The notes beneath the pieces are model-generated. The model worked only from the letters and a program-made list of their open reading frames with translations. It searched no databases and was not told the DNA's origin. Shown here piece after piece: positions 1 through 10,853 of a stretch of DNA of 64,000 nucleotides. The position numbers and the translations under genes were made by a program. The DNA lies in assembly GCA_963786955.1 (NCBI GenBank), contig CAWBAT010000003.1:1-64000 (forward strand), in the 5' to 3' direction. Position 1 is the stretch's first letter, and the number at the start of each line of letters is the position of its first letter. Origin of the DNA: an uncultured Acidimicrobiia bacterium (GTDB taxonomy: Bacteria; Acidobacteriota; Terriglobia; Versatilivoradales; Versatilivoraceae).

Positions 1-2
1 CA

Positions 3-431
3 TTTTATTGGGCAACTCCCACTATAGGTACCCTATTAAGGCTGTCTTTTGGATCCGAGCATCATTGGCTCCAGTTTTTGCCTTCGCTGCTGATGCTCAT
101 TCTTCTTGGATTAGTAATCTATTTGATGAAACTAAAATGGAACTGGAACGAGTATCTTCCAATTCTACTAATAGCTTCCATGGCTACAGCTTCCTACGGT
201 TGGGTTGCCAGCACGGTTTTATTATTGCCGGCTTTGATCCATTCAGGGATGAGAATTTGGAGACTTCGTAGCCTTCGCGAAAAGTTTCTTTATGCACTAA
301 TCTATGTTCTTGTTAATTTCCTCTTCATCCTGATGAACCATTGGAAATTCAGCGGAACGGCCTATGTTTGGGTCGTGGCTTTTTTCCTGGTCATTATCTT
401 GCGATCTGGAGGCGAAGTTCTACTTCCTTGA
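3..431 (+). CDS. GT87-like (GT-C fold) membrane glycosyltransferase, C-terminal part, 5' end outside window
   Basis: Frame is open from base 3 (FYWATPTIGTLLRLSFGSEHHWLQFLP...WNWNEYLPILLIASMATASYGW). It aligns by eye with the C-terminal half of the 707-1902 protein (PMTLGGLIRSQLG...WEWGRQLPLLLTVSVTCATFGW). Confidence 0.65.
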   Translation, partial: FYWATPTIGTLLRLSFGSEHHWLQFLPSLLMLILLGLVIYLMKLKWNWNEYLPILLIASMATASYGWVASTVLLLPALIHSGMRIWRLRSLREKFLYALIYVLVNFLFILMNHWKFSGTAYVWVVAFFLVIILRSGGEVLLP

Positions 432-486
432 CGAGTATTGGGCCATTGAAAGAAGTGACGCCTAAATAACCATCCTGGTCTGGGAA

Positions 487-642
487 ATGAGATCTATGTG
501 GAAAAAGTCCATACTTATGCTCTTGTTGTTCATTTCAGGAAGCCTTCGCATGAAGCCGGACTAGGTTTCAGGGCACATGAATGACTACAGAGAATATTGG
601 GGTGCGGCACGCCTCACACTGGATGGAAAGAATCCGTACTAA
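487..642 (+). pseudogene. Remnant of the N-terminus of a GT87-like paralogue
   Basis: Manual translation gives MRSMWKKSILMLLLFISGSLRMKPD*VSGHMNDYREYWGAARLTLDGKNPY*. This matches DDFVEYWSASQLLLAGKNPY of the neighbour. In-frame stops at 562-564 (TAG) and 640-642 (TAA). Confidence 0.6.
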
Positions 643-706
643 CTGAGTTTATGTTTCAGATTCCCCTGGAATAAGTGGCTTGGGTAAAATCTCTACAGCC
701 AGCTGT

Positions 707-1902
707 TTATTCTGTTATGAGGCCCGAATTATCAGTCAAAACCCTTGGGCTCTTGAAAGCCCTTTCAAATCCCACGAAGCAGAGAAGAAGTCCGAAAGGC
801 GCACTGTCGTACCAACCAATATTCCATCCCGCGACATTTCTCATTCAAGTGATGTGTTTATAAATAAATACAATATTGATGACAAGACTAGCATTGGAGT
901 CGCCTTATGTAGGAAGGAACATGCACCCCAATACATGAGAACGGGGATTAGGACGATTAGATCATGCATCCAACCAAACGTAGCACATGTCACCGATACT
1001 GTTAGCAGTAGCGGCAGTTGTCTACCCCATTCCCAGTAGTTTTCATTCCTTCTAAGATGTATGATCAGCCATAGTGTTCCAGTTATCACTGGTATGTAAA
1101 GAGGCCATTTACTGGAATAGCCGAGCTGTGACCTTATTAGTCCTCCAAGAGTCATTGGAATGAACTGAGTGGGGGGATTTTGGGCCAACACAGCTAGATA
1201 ATTGTTTATTAAGTTATGATCAAATAAGAGAGGAATGCCAATGCATACGGCAGTTCCTAATAACCCGCCCAGAACGAATCCTAGATCTTTTCTGCGTATT
1301 GTCCAATATAGTAGAGAAAACCAATAAATTAATAGTAGATGTGGTTTTATCGCAATAAAGATGGTAGATACCCCGGCTAGCCAAGATTTCTTCCTGCTCT
1401 CAAACCAAAGGAACCCCAGGATTCCCAGCAGGATGAGCGGAGAAATCTGTCCTTCTCTTAGTGTATGTATTGTGGGAAAGAAACTTATTGAAATGGCCAA
1501 ACCAACCCATCGATTCTGCTTAGGACCGTGGTAGTAATCCCACATCCAATGAGATACTAGAAAGATCAGTCCGAGACTGATCAAAATCCAAAGGAGACGG
1601 CTGATGGCATAGCTGAATAAACCCATAGGCAGGACAAAAGCTAGGGTCCAAGGCGGATTGTACATAATCACTGGAACATCTTTAGTATAACCAATGCTCT
1701 TCTGGAGTGCCATTAGTTCGCTAGCTGAATAGGGGTTTTTACCCGCTAACAGCAATTGGCTTGCACTCCAGTACTCCACAAAGTCATCAATCGGCAAGAA
1801 TTCCATTTCTGCCATCCCGAGGACGCGCCAGATTAGTACCGGGACCATTAAAGCCAGGAGGGCTATTTTAAAATACCTTTTTTGGGAAATCTTCCAGATC
1901 AT
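707..1902 (-). CDS. Glycosyltransferase family 87-like (GT-C, polyprenyl-phosphate-sugar dependent) membrane protein
   Basis: Motifs DFVEYW..GKNPY, YNPPW, GQIS and IKPHL in a polytopic hydrophobic protein. The ORF stops at 841, but a hydrophobic tail continues in another frame to TAA at 707. Confidence 0.75.
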
Positions 1903-2035
1903 TGTACCTTTTTCAAAGTTGACCTGTGATTTGTGTGCCCGAAAGGTGGAGTCTTAAGTGCCTATGTCCGTCCCCCGGTTTAGGGTATCACAGGCATCCC
2001 TCAATAAATTATTGACAACGAACCGATAGGTCATC

Positions 2036-4303
2036 CTAGTACTGCTGGGAACTCAAGCTTCGATGACGCAGTAGGAAGGAGGCGAAGTAAAAACAGGCCG
2101 CGAAGATAAGTAGTGACTTAAGGCCCGTCCAGTATGAAAGAGATTCTAGCAGTCCTCCCGGATGGCTCCCATCAGATTCGATCCCAGTGCTTCCCCAGAA
2201 AATCCAGATTTCGAAAACGACTGAATGAAGATGATACCTGCAAAAAAGACTGGAAGACAGAGGACAAGAGTCGCAGCTAGCGCTTTCAGCCAGACTGAAT
2301 CAAAGAAATAGAAGCGCATCGGTATGAGGTAAGAAATACCTATCGAAATCGAAAGTCCAACGTAGGCAATTCCCCTTGAAAATCGCGGCTTGACCAAGAC
2401 CACTAGATTGGCAGCAACAATCAACAACAATAACCCGCTAATGACAATTGAATTGACATTCCAGGTGGTTCCAAAAAGGAGCGCCATTTTGCTGATGATT
2501 TGTACCTCCAGAAGAAGAAACGCGGCACCCAGGAAAAAGAAGTGCCACTGAGTGCTTCCCTCGGTTTGGCATACTTTCCTGATCAGTTGCCAGCATAAAA
2601 GCCCCAATGCGATGGAAACCACAATGACACTGGCAGGGACTCCGGGATTCTGCTGATAGAAATATGGCCAATCATCAGTAGTCACGGCAGCTTTCTCGGT
2701 CCTCACATTGGTCAGCTTAGTCACGTAACTTCCGAGACTACTGTCGGACATCATGGAATCCAATTTTCTTTGGGGTCCCGTAATGAAAAACCGACCCGTT
2801 GTCGTAAAGGATGGTTCGGCTTCGATCTGAATTGGTTTAGATTGAAAAACTTGGGTGAGTAAATCTTGCAGCCGCCCGGCAATCCATGGCGTGTCTACCT
2901 GGAACTTGACAATGAAGATACCATCCGGATTCAACAAGTTTTTTGCCGCTTTAAGTGCTTCGATCGTATAGACATAGTTGTCGATGCGTATATTGGAAAA
3001 ATGGGAGCTGGTAGTGTGAGAATCGAGCAGCGAAAAGACAATCAGATCGAAGTGATCATGGCTCTTTTCGATGTAGCTTCTTGCATCGTCTAATACAAAC
3101 GTCACTCGCGGTGACAGGTAAGGCTTTTCAAAATGCAATTCCTTTCCTAACTTGTAGATTAAAGGATCGATCTCCACAGCAACGACCTGCCCGGCGCCAT
3201 TCCGAATGGACGCTGCAACATCATTTCCCATACCTGAGCCGAGAATAAGGACAGAAGGAGGCTTAGGGTAAAAGAGGTAAGGCAGGTTATAGGCGTTATG
3301 TTCAATCGGGACATCTTGAAAGAGGTATTGATGCCTAGAAACGAACCTGTCTGACAGGTCGATGATCTGCTGGTACCAAACGTCATTTGTTGTTAAATTG
3401 TAGGCAAGCAGTTCTCCATTTTCGAACCGCGGAGCAAGTACAAGTTTTTGATACGGGGACCAATGGACGACTTCTTCGTTGTCCTCCTTCAAGTTCATGA
3501 GACCGGTGCAAGCCACAAAGGTCAGGAATATTGCCCAGCGCAGGAATGGAAGATGCCAGAAAAGTATGAAGGCTAATCCCCCAGCAACTGCAAACCAAAC
3601 TGCGGGTGGTAGGTACCAGTTGCAAAGCAGAGAGTAGAGCAAGATGCCCACCAGGCTGGCGAATACATTTACTGTGTATGCAAGGATTCCATTAGTCGCA
3701 TTTTCGATGTGCCAGCCGATCAGCTGACCCAGCGGAAGAAGAGTCAGCGCGATCAAGGTGAAAAGCGGAATGATCATCAGTAGGACATAGAAAAAAATGG
3801 CGACTGTGGACCCAAAAGACGGGAGCTGCGGGTTCCACCCCAGATATGGATCGAAGAGACTGCACCGAGATAGGCCGAAAGGCTTGTTAAAACGAGCTTT
3901 AGTCCTTTCCATGGCAACTTGATGATGAGAGAAAGAAGAATTATCGGAACGATTAGCGTTAGCAGATTTACCTTTCGCCGACAGAGATAATACCCCAGCC
4001 CAAAACCCATGAAGCAAGCAATCAACACAAAATTCTTGAAATACGCAAAAATTCTGATTTCCGATGAGACCCAACGAATCAGGAGCATTTCTAAAAATAG
4101 GCCGAGGATACTGGCGAGGGCAAGAGTCTTGTAGTGCGGAAACCCCAGTGATTCTGAGGAAAATTCAAAAGGCACGGTCCATCGGAGGGCACGGATTTCC
4201 CTCGGTGATCCTCCGAAGTCTTGTATAGCCTAAGCAGGAAGAGGCACGCGAAGCCATTTACCCAGAGAAGTAGAACAAATGCGATCAGTTGATTGACTTC
4301 CAC
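2036..4303 (-). CDS. Polytopic membrane protein with central spermidine-synthase-like class I SAM-binding domain (frameshifted)
   Basis: ORFs 4091-4303, 3777-4175 and 2146-4074 plus a tail (GGLLESLSYWTGLKSLL...*, stop 2036). Motifs LFLEMLLIRW, WSPYQK, VLILGSGMGNDV, VEIDP, DDARSYI, TDDWPYFY, FFFLGAAFLLLE. The start is uncertain (4175 or 4303). Confidence 0.75.
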
Positions 4304-4613
4304 AGACTTTTCCTCGAAGAGTTATAACTTAAGGACTAAATTTTAATTCTGAAGATCTCAAACGCGACGCAAGGACCTAGAGTATTGCGATTGATTCGTA
4401 GCCTACTATCTCGGAATTATAGACCGACGGCATTACTTTTTGTTTCTGAAAATGACCGAGCAGGTCATCTGGCTCATTGCTAATTGTTTTTACTCGAAAG
4501 CCGATGAATATGAATTAGAAATCGGCACATTCCCTTGCCTTGATTGATCTATGAGGAAGAGAATAATCTCGGGGCGGGGAATTCACCCACTCGACACTTA
4601 ACAAAGAGATTGC

Positions 4614-6201
4614 ATGCATAAATCACCGGGGTTTCCACCCACCCAATATAATGGTCTGGCTCGTTGGCTTTTCCCCTCCATGAAAGACATCCTGTTTCTG
4701 GCTTACCTCTTTGCTCCATTAATGGGAAGTTCATCAGCCTGCCTTGGTGACAGTGACACAGGCTGGCATATCCGCAATGGGGAGCAAATATTGAAAACAA
4801 TGAGCTTGCCACATGAAGACTATTTTTCCTACACCGCCCATGGGAGGTCTTGGTTTGCTTGGGAATGGCTCTCAGACGTAATGATGGCCATCATTCATAG
4901 ATATGCGGGCCTCAACGGGATTGTAGTCTGGGCCAATATCACCTTTGCGATCACATTCACGCTTCTGTTTGTCTGGGCTCTCAAGAGAGGTGGGAACATC
5001 TTCATGGCCGTGATCCTGTCTGGGCTCGCTGGCTTTGCGGCTTCAATTCACTGGCTGGCCCGCCCCCATCTCTTTACGATGCTTCTGCTGTTGGTCTGGT
5101 ATATCTTCCTAGAACGATTTGAACACAACAATGACGTACGAAGTTTGTATATTCTTCCCCCCGTATTGCTGTTATGGACAAATCTTCACGCAGGATTTGT
5201 CGTTGGTCTAATTGTGGTACTCATCTATGCTATGGGGAATCTATTGCGAAGCCTGACTTGTGTCGAAAACGAAGAACAATCCCAGGCCAAGCTACGAGCA
5301 ATCACCTTGACTAAGGTCTTCGCAGTTTGTTTGTTGGTCAGCTTCATCAACCCGTATGGAGCCCGTCTTCACACTCATATCATCGAGTCCTATATTAGCT
5401 CCAATCATCTGATGGACAATATTACAGAGTTTCGATCTCCAAGCTTTCATGTCGGAGTCGTCAAGTTCTTTGAACTTCTCATCTTAATGGCGACAGTGGT
5501 CGCCTCAATTTCACTTCGAGGATTCAGCTTTGTCGAAATAGGCCTTTTGGTTTTCTGGACACATATGGCGCTTCTTTCCGCCCGGCACATCCCTTTGTAT
5601 GCGCTGATTGTAGTGCCCATCGTGGTGTGTCACTTGACTGTATACCTAGAGAATGTCGAAAAAATACAAGATTTGAAAAACTGGGTGCAGAAGTTGGCAA
5701 AATGGTTTCGTGGTTATTCGATAAACATCACTGGATTTGAGGACCAATTCAAGGGCGTTGTGTATCCCATTCTAGCAGTCGTATTACTGGTTCTGATTTC
5801 TCTTAACGATGGAAAACTCTTCGGCACACAAGTCATGAATAAGAAATTCGACCCGGACAAATTTCCTGTTGCTGCCGCGGATTTCATAGATAAGCAGAGT
5901 TTGAAGGGGAACTTATTCACAACAGACCAGTGGGGAGGTTACCTCATTTATCGATTCTACCCGCGCTACCCGGTTTTTTTCGACGGACGTAGCGATATGT
6001 ATGGTGAAGAAATCATGAAGGACTACTTGAAACTGGTAAATCTCGAGTTCGACTGGAAAAGATGTCATCGATAAATACAAGATCGAGTGGATGCTTTTGC
6101 CATTTGACGTGCCACTTCCCGCCGCGCTGAAGGATTTGCCGGAATGGAAGGTTGTCTATGACGACCACCGAGCCATCATCTTTGTCAGGAAGACGGAATA
6201 G
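4614..6201 (+). CDS. Uncharacterised GT-C-like polytopic membrane protein
   Basis: Motifs DSDTGWHI, WEWLSDV, RPHLF, WTNLHAGF, INPYG, EFRSP, FFDGRSDMYG. After a frameshift near 6060 the reading continues as DVIDKYKIEW...WKVVYDDHRAIIFVRKTE* (stop 6201). Confidence 0.65.
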
Positions 6202-6228
6202 ACAGGTGCGTGTATCAATGGAAACTCA

Positions 6229-7974
6229 TTGAGTTCAGGAATCATGGACGAAAAGACGGTACGTACCGAACGAATTATTGCAGGGGCCAGGCTCGTCCTG
6301 GCCATTGCGGCAATCGGTTTGGTGTTGCTTTACCCGAATCCAGCAGATCCTGAGTCTGGTAATGCCTACAGTGTCGTGGTCTTATACTTCCTTTACGCAT
6401 TTGCCGTTGTTTGGATCGTTGACCGCAATTTAATGCGGGTAGACAGGTTGGGATTTGGCACGCAAGTCGTCGATACACTCTGGTTCCCCCTTATTCTCTT
6501 GCGCACCCAAGGGGAAAATAGTCCTTTCTTTCTCTACTATGTATTCTCTTTGATCACAGCTAGTTTTCGCTGGGGGTTTAAGGAGACGTTGTTTGTCAAC
6601 ACTGCAAATGTAGGGATGTACGTCATTGTCCACTTCGCTACAGTTCGGGAAGGGTTTAATTTTAACCGATTTTGGGTTCGGCCGACCTATTTGTACGTTT
6701 TGGCCTGCCTTATCGGTTATCTGGGGGAGCACCAGAGAAGAGTCCAGAGGCAATTGGTTTCCTTAGCGGAATTGTCCAGTTCAATTCTGGTGAAAGCGTC
6801 ATTCCCGCGAATGCTGGAGGCGTCCATGGAGCAGGTGCGTCGGCTTTTTCGGGTGGAACAGTGCATCCTCGTGTTGGAGGATGATCTGTCAAAACGGATT
6901 TCTCTGCGGAAAGTCGGCATATCAGTCGGAAGCCACTTTTACCAAGTGGGGGGGTTGCCATCCAGTGAAATGGAATTTCTCATGGCTCCGCGAAAGAATT
7001 GGGGATATTTCATAAACCCCCAGAATCAATTGATTAGGCTGCTTGCCGTCAAAGAAATATTTGTCTACGACTTTGAATCCCAGAAGCCGGTCTCCCAAGC
7101 GTTTCATCCTAGTCTTCACCTGGCCACTCTTTTTGAAATGAAATCCATGCTATCTGTGCCGGTCTATGTTGGGGGAACTTTTGTGGGGCGGACCTACTTA
7201 GTGAACCGAAAAAATGGAATCTTCTCAAGTTCAGACCTCCAGTACCTGAAATTGATCGTCTCGCAATTGGCTCCTTTGCTAGACAACTACCGTTTATTGC
7301 ACCGAATGCAAAAAATTTCTGTGCTCGAAGAAAAGAATCGTATCGCTCGGGATCTGCACGATGGCTTGGTCCAGTCGCTTGCCAGTTTAGATATACGTCT
7401 TGAGGTCTGTCGTAAAATGTTCCAGGACTCCTCTTTTAGTCTTAGGAGTGAATTAGATGAATTGCAAAGAATTGTCCGTGACGAGTACTCGGAATTGAGG
7501 AATTATATGAGGAGGCTGAGAACTCCCTCCTTCGAGGGCCAAGAACTCGAAAAGGCCATTCGGAGCTATGCCAAAGCCTTCGAGCGAGAGAATAATCTCA
7601 AAGTGAGAGTTTCCGTTCCCAACAGCCCCATCCGTCTACCAAGAAAGGTTAGCCGGGAGTTTTACCAAATTATTCATGAAGCTCTTACGAATGTCAGGAA
7701 ACACTCCGGAGCAAAGCATGTCTTGGTGGAACTAATCCAGAAAGAGGACCTCTTCTCCCTGGTTATATCCGATGATGGGCTTGGATTCTCTGCACACCCG
7801 AATGAGGATAAAAAGGGAAAGGGCGTTCCTTGGTCTATATCCGAAAGGGCCAACGCTCTGCAAGGATCTACACTGGTAGAGTCTACTCCTGGTCAAGGGT
7901 GTCGCTTGACCATCAATATTCCTACCCATGTGGCATCAACTTATGGGGAAATTAGTGGGGTAAACCCAAGATGA
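6229..7974 (+). CDS. Membrane sensor histidine kinase (TM sensor, GAF, HisKA_3, HATPase_c)
   Basis: H-box EKNRIARDLHDGLVQ, N-box EALTNVRKHSGA, DDGLGF and STPGQG, with about 5-6 N-terminal TM helices. Start may be ATG 6244. Confidence 0.9.
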   Translation: MSSGIMDEKTVRTERIIAGARLVLAIAAIGLVLLYPNPADPESGNAYSVVVLYFLYAFAVVWIVDRNLMRVDRLGFGTQVVDTLWFPLILLRTQGENSPFFLYYVFSLITASFRWGFKETLFVNTANVGMYVIVHFATVREGFNFNRFWVRPTYLYVLACLIGYLGEHQRRVQRQLVSLAELSSSILVKASFPRMLEASMEQVRRLFRVEQCILVLEDDLSKRISLRKVGISVGSHFYQVGGLPSSEMEFLMAPRKNWGYFINPQNQLIRLLAVKEIFVYDFESQKPVSQAFHPSLHLATLFEMKSMLSVPVYVGGTFVGRTYLVNRKNGIFSSSDLQYLKLIVSQLAPLLDNYRLLHRMQKISVLEEKNRIARDLHDGLVQSLASLDIRLEVCRKMFQDSSFSLRSELDELQRIVRDEYSELRNYMRRLRTPSFEGQELEKAIRSYAKAFERENNLKVRVSVPNSPIRLPRKVSREFYQIIHEALTNVRKHSGAKHVLVELIQKEDLFSLVISDDGLGFSAHPNEDKKGKGVPWSISERANALQGSTLVESTPGQGCRLTINIPTHVASTYGEISGVNPR

Positions 7975-8187
7975 GGCAACCTCATTATAGAAGTAGAGAA
8001 ACAGTGTTCGTTCCCATCAAGAATTGGGTCATGGGATGAAGAGAAATTTAGCTTCTTTCTTCATGCAGATGTGCTGTGAAAGGGAATTTGAGCTGGCCTA
8101 CTCACGATTTGTTCCTACTGTTAGGAATTGTTGCTGGAGCTTTTGGAATCCGATAGGCTGAGAATCGGCCCGGTTGGAGGGACTTAG

Positions 8188-8856
8188 ATGCTTACCACTC
8201 CCAGAATCAGAGTCGCGATTGTTGATGACCACACTCTATTCAGAGAAGGTATCAAGAAGATACTTTCACTGGAACAGGATGTTGAGGTTGTGGGAGATGC
8301 AACAGATGGCGAGGAGGTCCTTGGCCTTCTGAATCGCTGCCCAATCGATATCATGCTTCTCGACATTAAGATGGAAAAAATCAATGGGTTACAGATCCTT
8401 CCCCAGATCATTGAGCAGTATCCGCAGCTCAAGGTCATCATTCTGACTGCACAAGTTAGCTTGGCAGAAAGCGTTAAAGCAATCCGGGATGGAGCCAGGG
8501 GGATCATTCTGAAGCATGCGGCTAGTGAATTCCTGATCAAAGGAATCCACAAGGTGCTTGATGGAGAACTGTGGGCAGATAGTTCAACGATGACACAAGT
8601 TGTAGAGTCCCTTTCGCGTAAATTCCGTGTAGACAGTCGCCCAGAAAGGGGCAGGAAGGATTTGTCTGAACGCGAAACGGAAGTTGTTGTGCTGATAGCG
8701 TCTGGGCACCGGAATAAGGAGATTGCCAGCAAGCTGTTTATCAGTGAACAAACTGTCAAGACCCATCTTAGTAACATTTTCCAAAAGTTGGGCGTCAACG
8801 ACCGATTGGAGCTTGCACTCTACGCCATGCGAAATGGCTTGGTTAGTAACCGCTAA
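8188..8856 (+). CDS. NarL/LuxR-family response regulator
   Basis: REC domain (IVDDH, LLDIKM) plus LuxR HTH (LSERETEV...NKEIASKLFISEQTVKTHLSNIFQKLGV). GGAGG RBS upstream. Confidence 0.93.
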   Translation: MLTTPRIRVAIVDDHTLFREGIKKILSLEQDVEVVGDATDGEEVLGLLNRCPIDIMLLDIKMEKINGLQILPQIIEQYPQLKVIILTAQVSLAESVKAIRDGARGIILKHAASEFLIKGIHKVLDGELWADSSTMTQVVESLSRKFRVDSRPERGRKDLSERETEVVVLIASGHRNKEIASKLFISEQTVKTHLSNIFQKLGVNDRLELALYAMRNGLVSNR

Positions 8857-9469
8857 ATCAGGAAACCTCCAATTTGATTTCGCTTATCTTGCCGCCTCCC
8901 CCAGCCACATCAAGAATTCCACGAAACCTAAGTTTCTTTGAATAAGCGGATTAAGGTTAACGCTGCGACTTTCTTCGTACCGCACTCACCTCTTTCTAGG
9001 CCTTTTGACCATCGCAAAATCCTCCTCTTGTCCAATTGATTCTTCATCTCAACGGTCCGATAATGCCAACATGGAAAGAAGGAATTGTCGAGTTAGAGTT
9101 ACAGTAAAGGAATTACAGACTGGCCAGGATTTTAGATATGTCCATTCCTTCAGATGACGATAAATGTCCTGGGATGGCTAGGTGCAGTGGTGGAGGCTTT
9201 TGTGATGAAGATCAAATTGGGTGCCGGGCATTATACGAGTTGCAACGCACGAAAGCCCAAAATGACCTATAATTGCGGAGTTGTGTGATATGCATCAAAA
9301 CTATTCCACTATAGATGAAGACATAGACAAAATTGGGAATCTTGTTTCTATATTGATATCAGAAGAAAATAATTTCCCAGAATGGGAATAATCAGTTAAA
9401 TTATTGTATAAATTTACTTTGCTTGACTTATTGTCACTTTGGTACTGAAAAAAAATCTGTAACGATCTT

Positions 9470-9485
9470 TGGCCTGGAAGTTGCA
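9470..9485 (+). promoter_or_regulatory. Candidate sigma54 (-24/-12) promoter for flp
   Basis: TGGCCTGGAAGTTGCA has TGGC-N7-TTGCA spacing. It lies about 200 bp upstream of the pilin ATG, after an AT-rich tract. Confidence 0.5.
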
Positions 9486-9685
9486 AATGATACCACTGAG
9501 AAAAATAGTTGCAGCCAGAATAGCTTGCATCTTCCCGTCCAAAGATGATTTCAGGTGGATGGGAGCGAGGTGATGGAGACAGACTATATCGATGACGGAT
9601 AAGAACTTTGACCAAGATGTCCTTTTCGATAATGTTCAGATGGAATTAAGCGGAAATACTTTCAAAACCAATAAGGAGAAAAACC

Positions 9686-9859
9686 ATGAGTGAATTAATG
9701 AAGAGATTTGTAAAGGAAGAAGAAGGGCAGGATCTTGTTGAGTACGCTTTGCTGTTGGTCTTCTTGGCGTTAGCAGCCATTACGGCACTGCCGGCATTAG
9801 GCCAGGCTGTCAGCAACGTCTTCGTAAGAGCAAAGTCTACCCTTGAGTCAGGTTCATAG
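9686..9859 (+). CDS. flp: Flp family type IVc pilin (57 aa; not in ORF track)
   Basis: AAGGAG RBS, then MSELMKRFVKEEEG|QDLVEYALLLVFLALAAITALPALGQAVSNVFVRAKSTLESGS*. Class III leader with G cleavage site and the E+5/Y+6 Flp motif. Confidence 0.95.
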   Translation: MSELMKRFVKEEEGQDLVEYALLLVFLALAAITALPALGQAVSNVFVRAKSTLESGS

Positions 9860-9878
9860 GCTAATTGTCCGAATGACC

Positions 9879-9912
9879 AGTCCAGCGGGCTATCCCGCTG
9901 GACTTTTTTTTT
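9879..9912 (+). terminator. Rho-independent terminator after flp
   Basis: AGTCCAGCGGG-CTAT-CCCGCTGGACT is a perfect 11-bp stem followed by a T run. Confidence 0.9.
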
Positions 9913-10223
9913 GCTCATTTTTCTAATCTCATGAAAGAAACAGCCGATATGGTATTTGAAATTTGGAATTCGAATATCCCGTTGTGGATTCAAGGGTTGT
10001 GGTATAACTTGTGAAATGGATTTGGCAAAAAACAAAGCGAAGTGATGCATTTCGATCCAGATTTTTCTCTTTGCGAATATTGTTCAATGGTGCAGGGGAT
10101 GTTCCCCTATGTGTCATATATGATATAGGCTTGGCGAGAGTTGGATTATATGATGGACCTTTTGGTGCCAGCTAGATTACATTATCGTAATCAGGCTACC
10201 TTTTTGGGTCTTTGAAGTAGTGA

Positions 10224-10829
10224 ATGGAAAAGACAAAGTATTACTATTTTTGTAATTCAATGAGCCTTCTAATCTCGATACCCGTTGTTCTTTGTGTAGT
10301 AGTGGCGGCCGTCACGGATATTCTTCATAACAAGATTCCAAACTGGCTCACCTTGTCATCCGCATTGCTTGCTCTTCTGCTGAATTTCTTCCTGTCTGGG
10401 ATCCAAGGATTAGTTTGGAGTATCCTTGGTATTGGTACAGGGTTCTCATTGCTTTTTTTGCTTTACCTTTGGGGGGGGATGGGGGCAGGAGATGTCAAGC
10501 TGTTGAGCACAGTTGGCGCGTTTGTCGGACCTAGATTGGTATTTTACACATTTATTTGGATGGCTCTCGTTGGAGGAGTATTGGCGTTGACGCTCATTAT
10601 TTACAAAAGAGCTTTCTCTCAAACTTTGCAAAATCTTAGGTTTCTCCTTTTCGGATGGATATTGCGAACCTCTACCTCTGAAACGATCATGACCATTCGA
10701 AACCAGTCCTTATTAAAGTTGCCCTACGGAGTGGCTATAGCCTTAGGCGCAATCATGGCGGTATGGCTTCAAAACATCCCAGGCGTGGCGTTCCAAAGTG
10801 GCTCGGTTCGCTTGATCTGGTTCAAATAG
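10224..10829 (+). CDS. cpaA: Prepilin peptidase, A24 family (TadV/CpaA)
   Basis: TDI..KIPNWL, GMGAGDVKL and LPYGVAI motifs. Start may be ATG 10260. Confidence 0.93.
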   Translation: MEKTKYYYFCNSMSLLISIPVVLCVVVAAVTDILHNKIPNWLTLSSALLALLLNFFLSGIQGLVWSILGIGTGFSLLFLLYLWGGMGAGDVKLLSTVGAFVGPRLVFYTFIWMALVGGVLALTLIIYKRAFSQTLQNLRFLLFGWILRTSTSETIMTIRNQSLLKLPYGVAIALGAIMAVWLQNIPGVAFQSGSVRLIWFK

Positions 10830-10853
10830 TCGTCACTTTTAAAGGAGCTCGAA

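Noticed and set aside
4523-4538. Sigma54 promoter CGGCACATTCCCTTGC upstream of the 4614 gene
   Set aside because: GG to GC spacing is 11 rather than 10. It would fit only if the CCC run contains an insertion error, so it is unsupported as it stands.
9486-9685. c-di-GMP-I riboswitch in the flp leader
   Set aside because: The conserved GCAAA...GAAA...GACGCAAAG core was not found.
10022-10038. Sigma54 promoter upstream of cpaA
   Set aside because: Spacing is 11 and there is no TTGC at -12.
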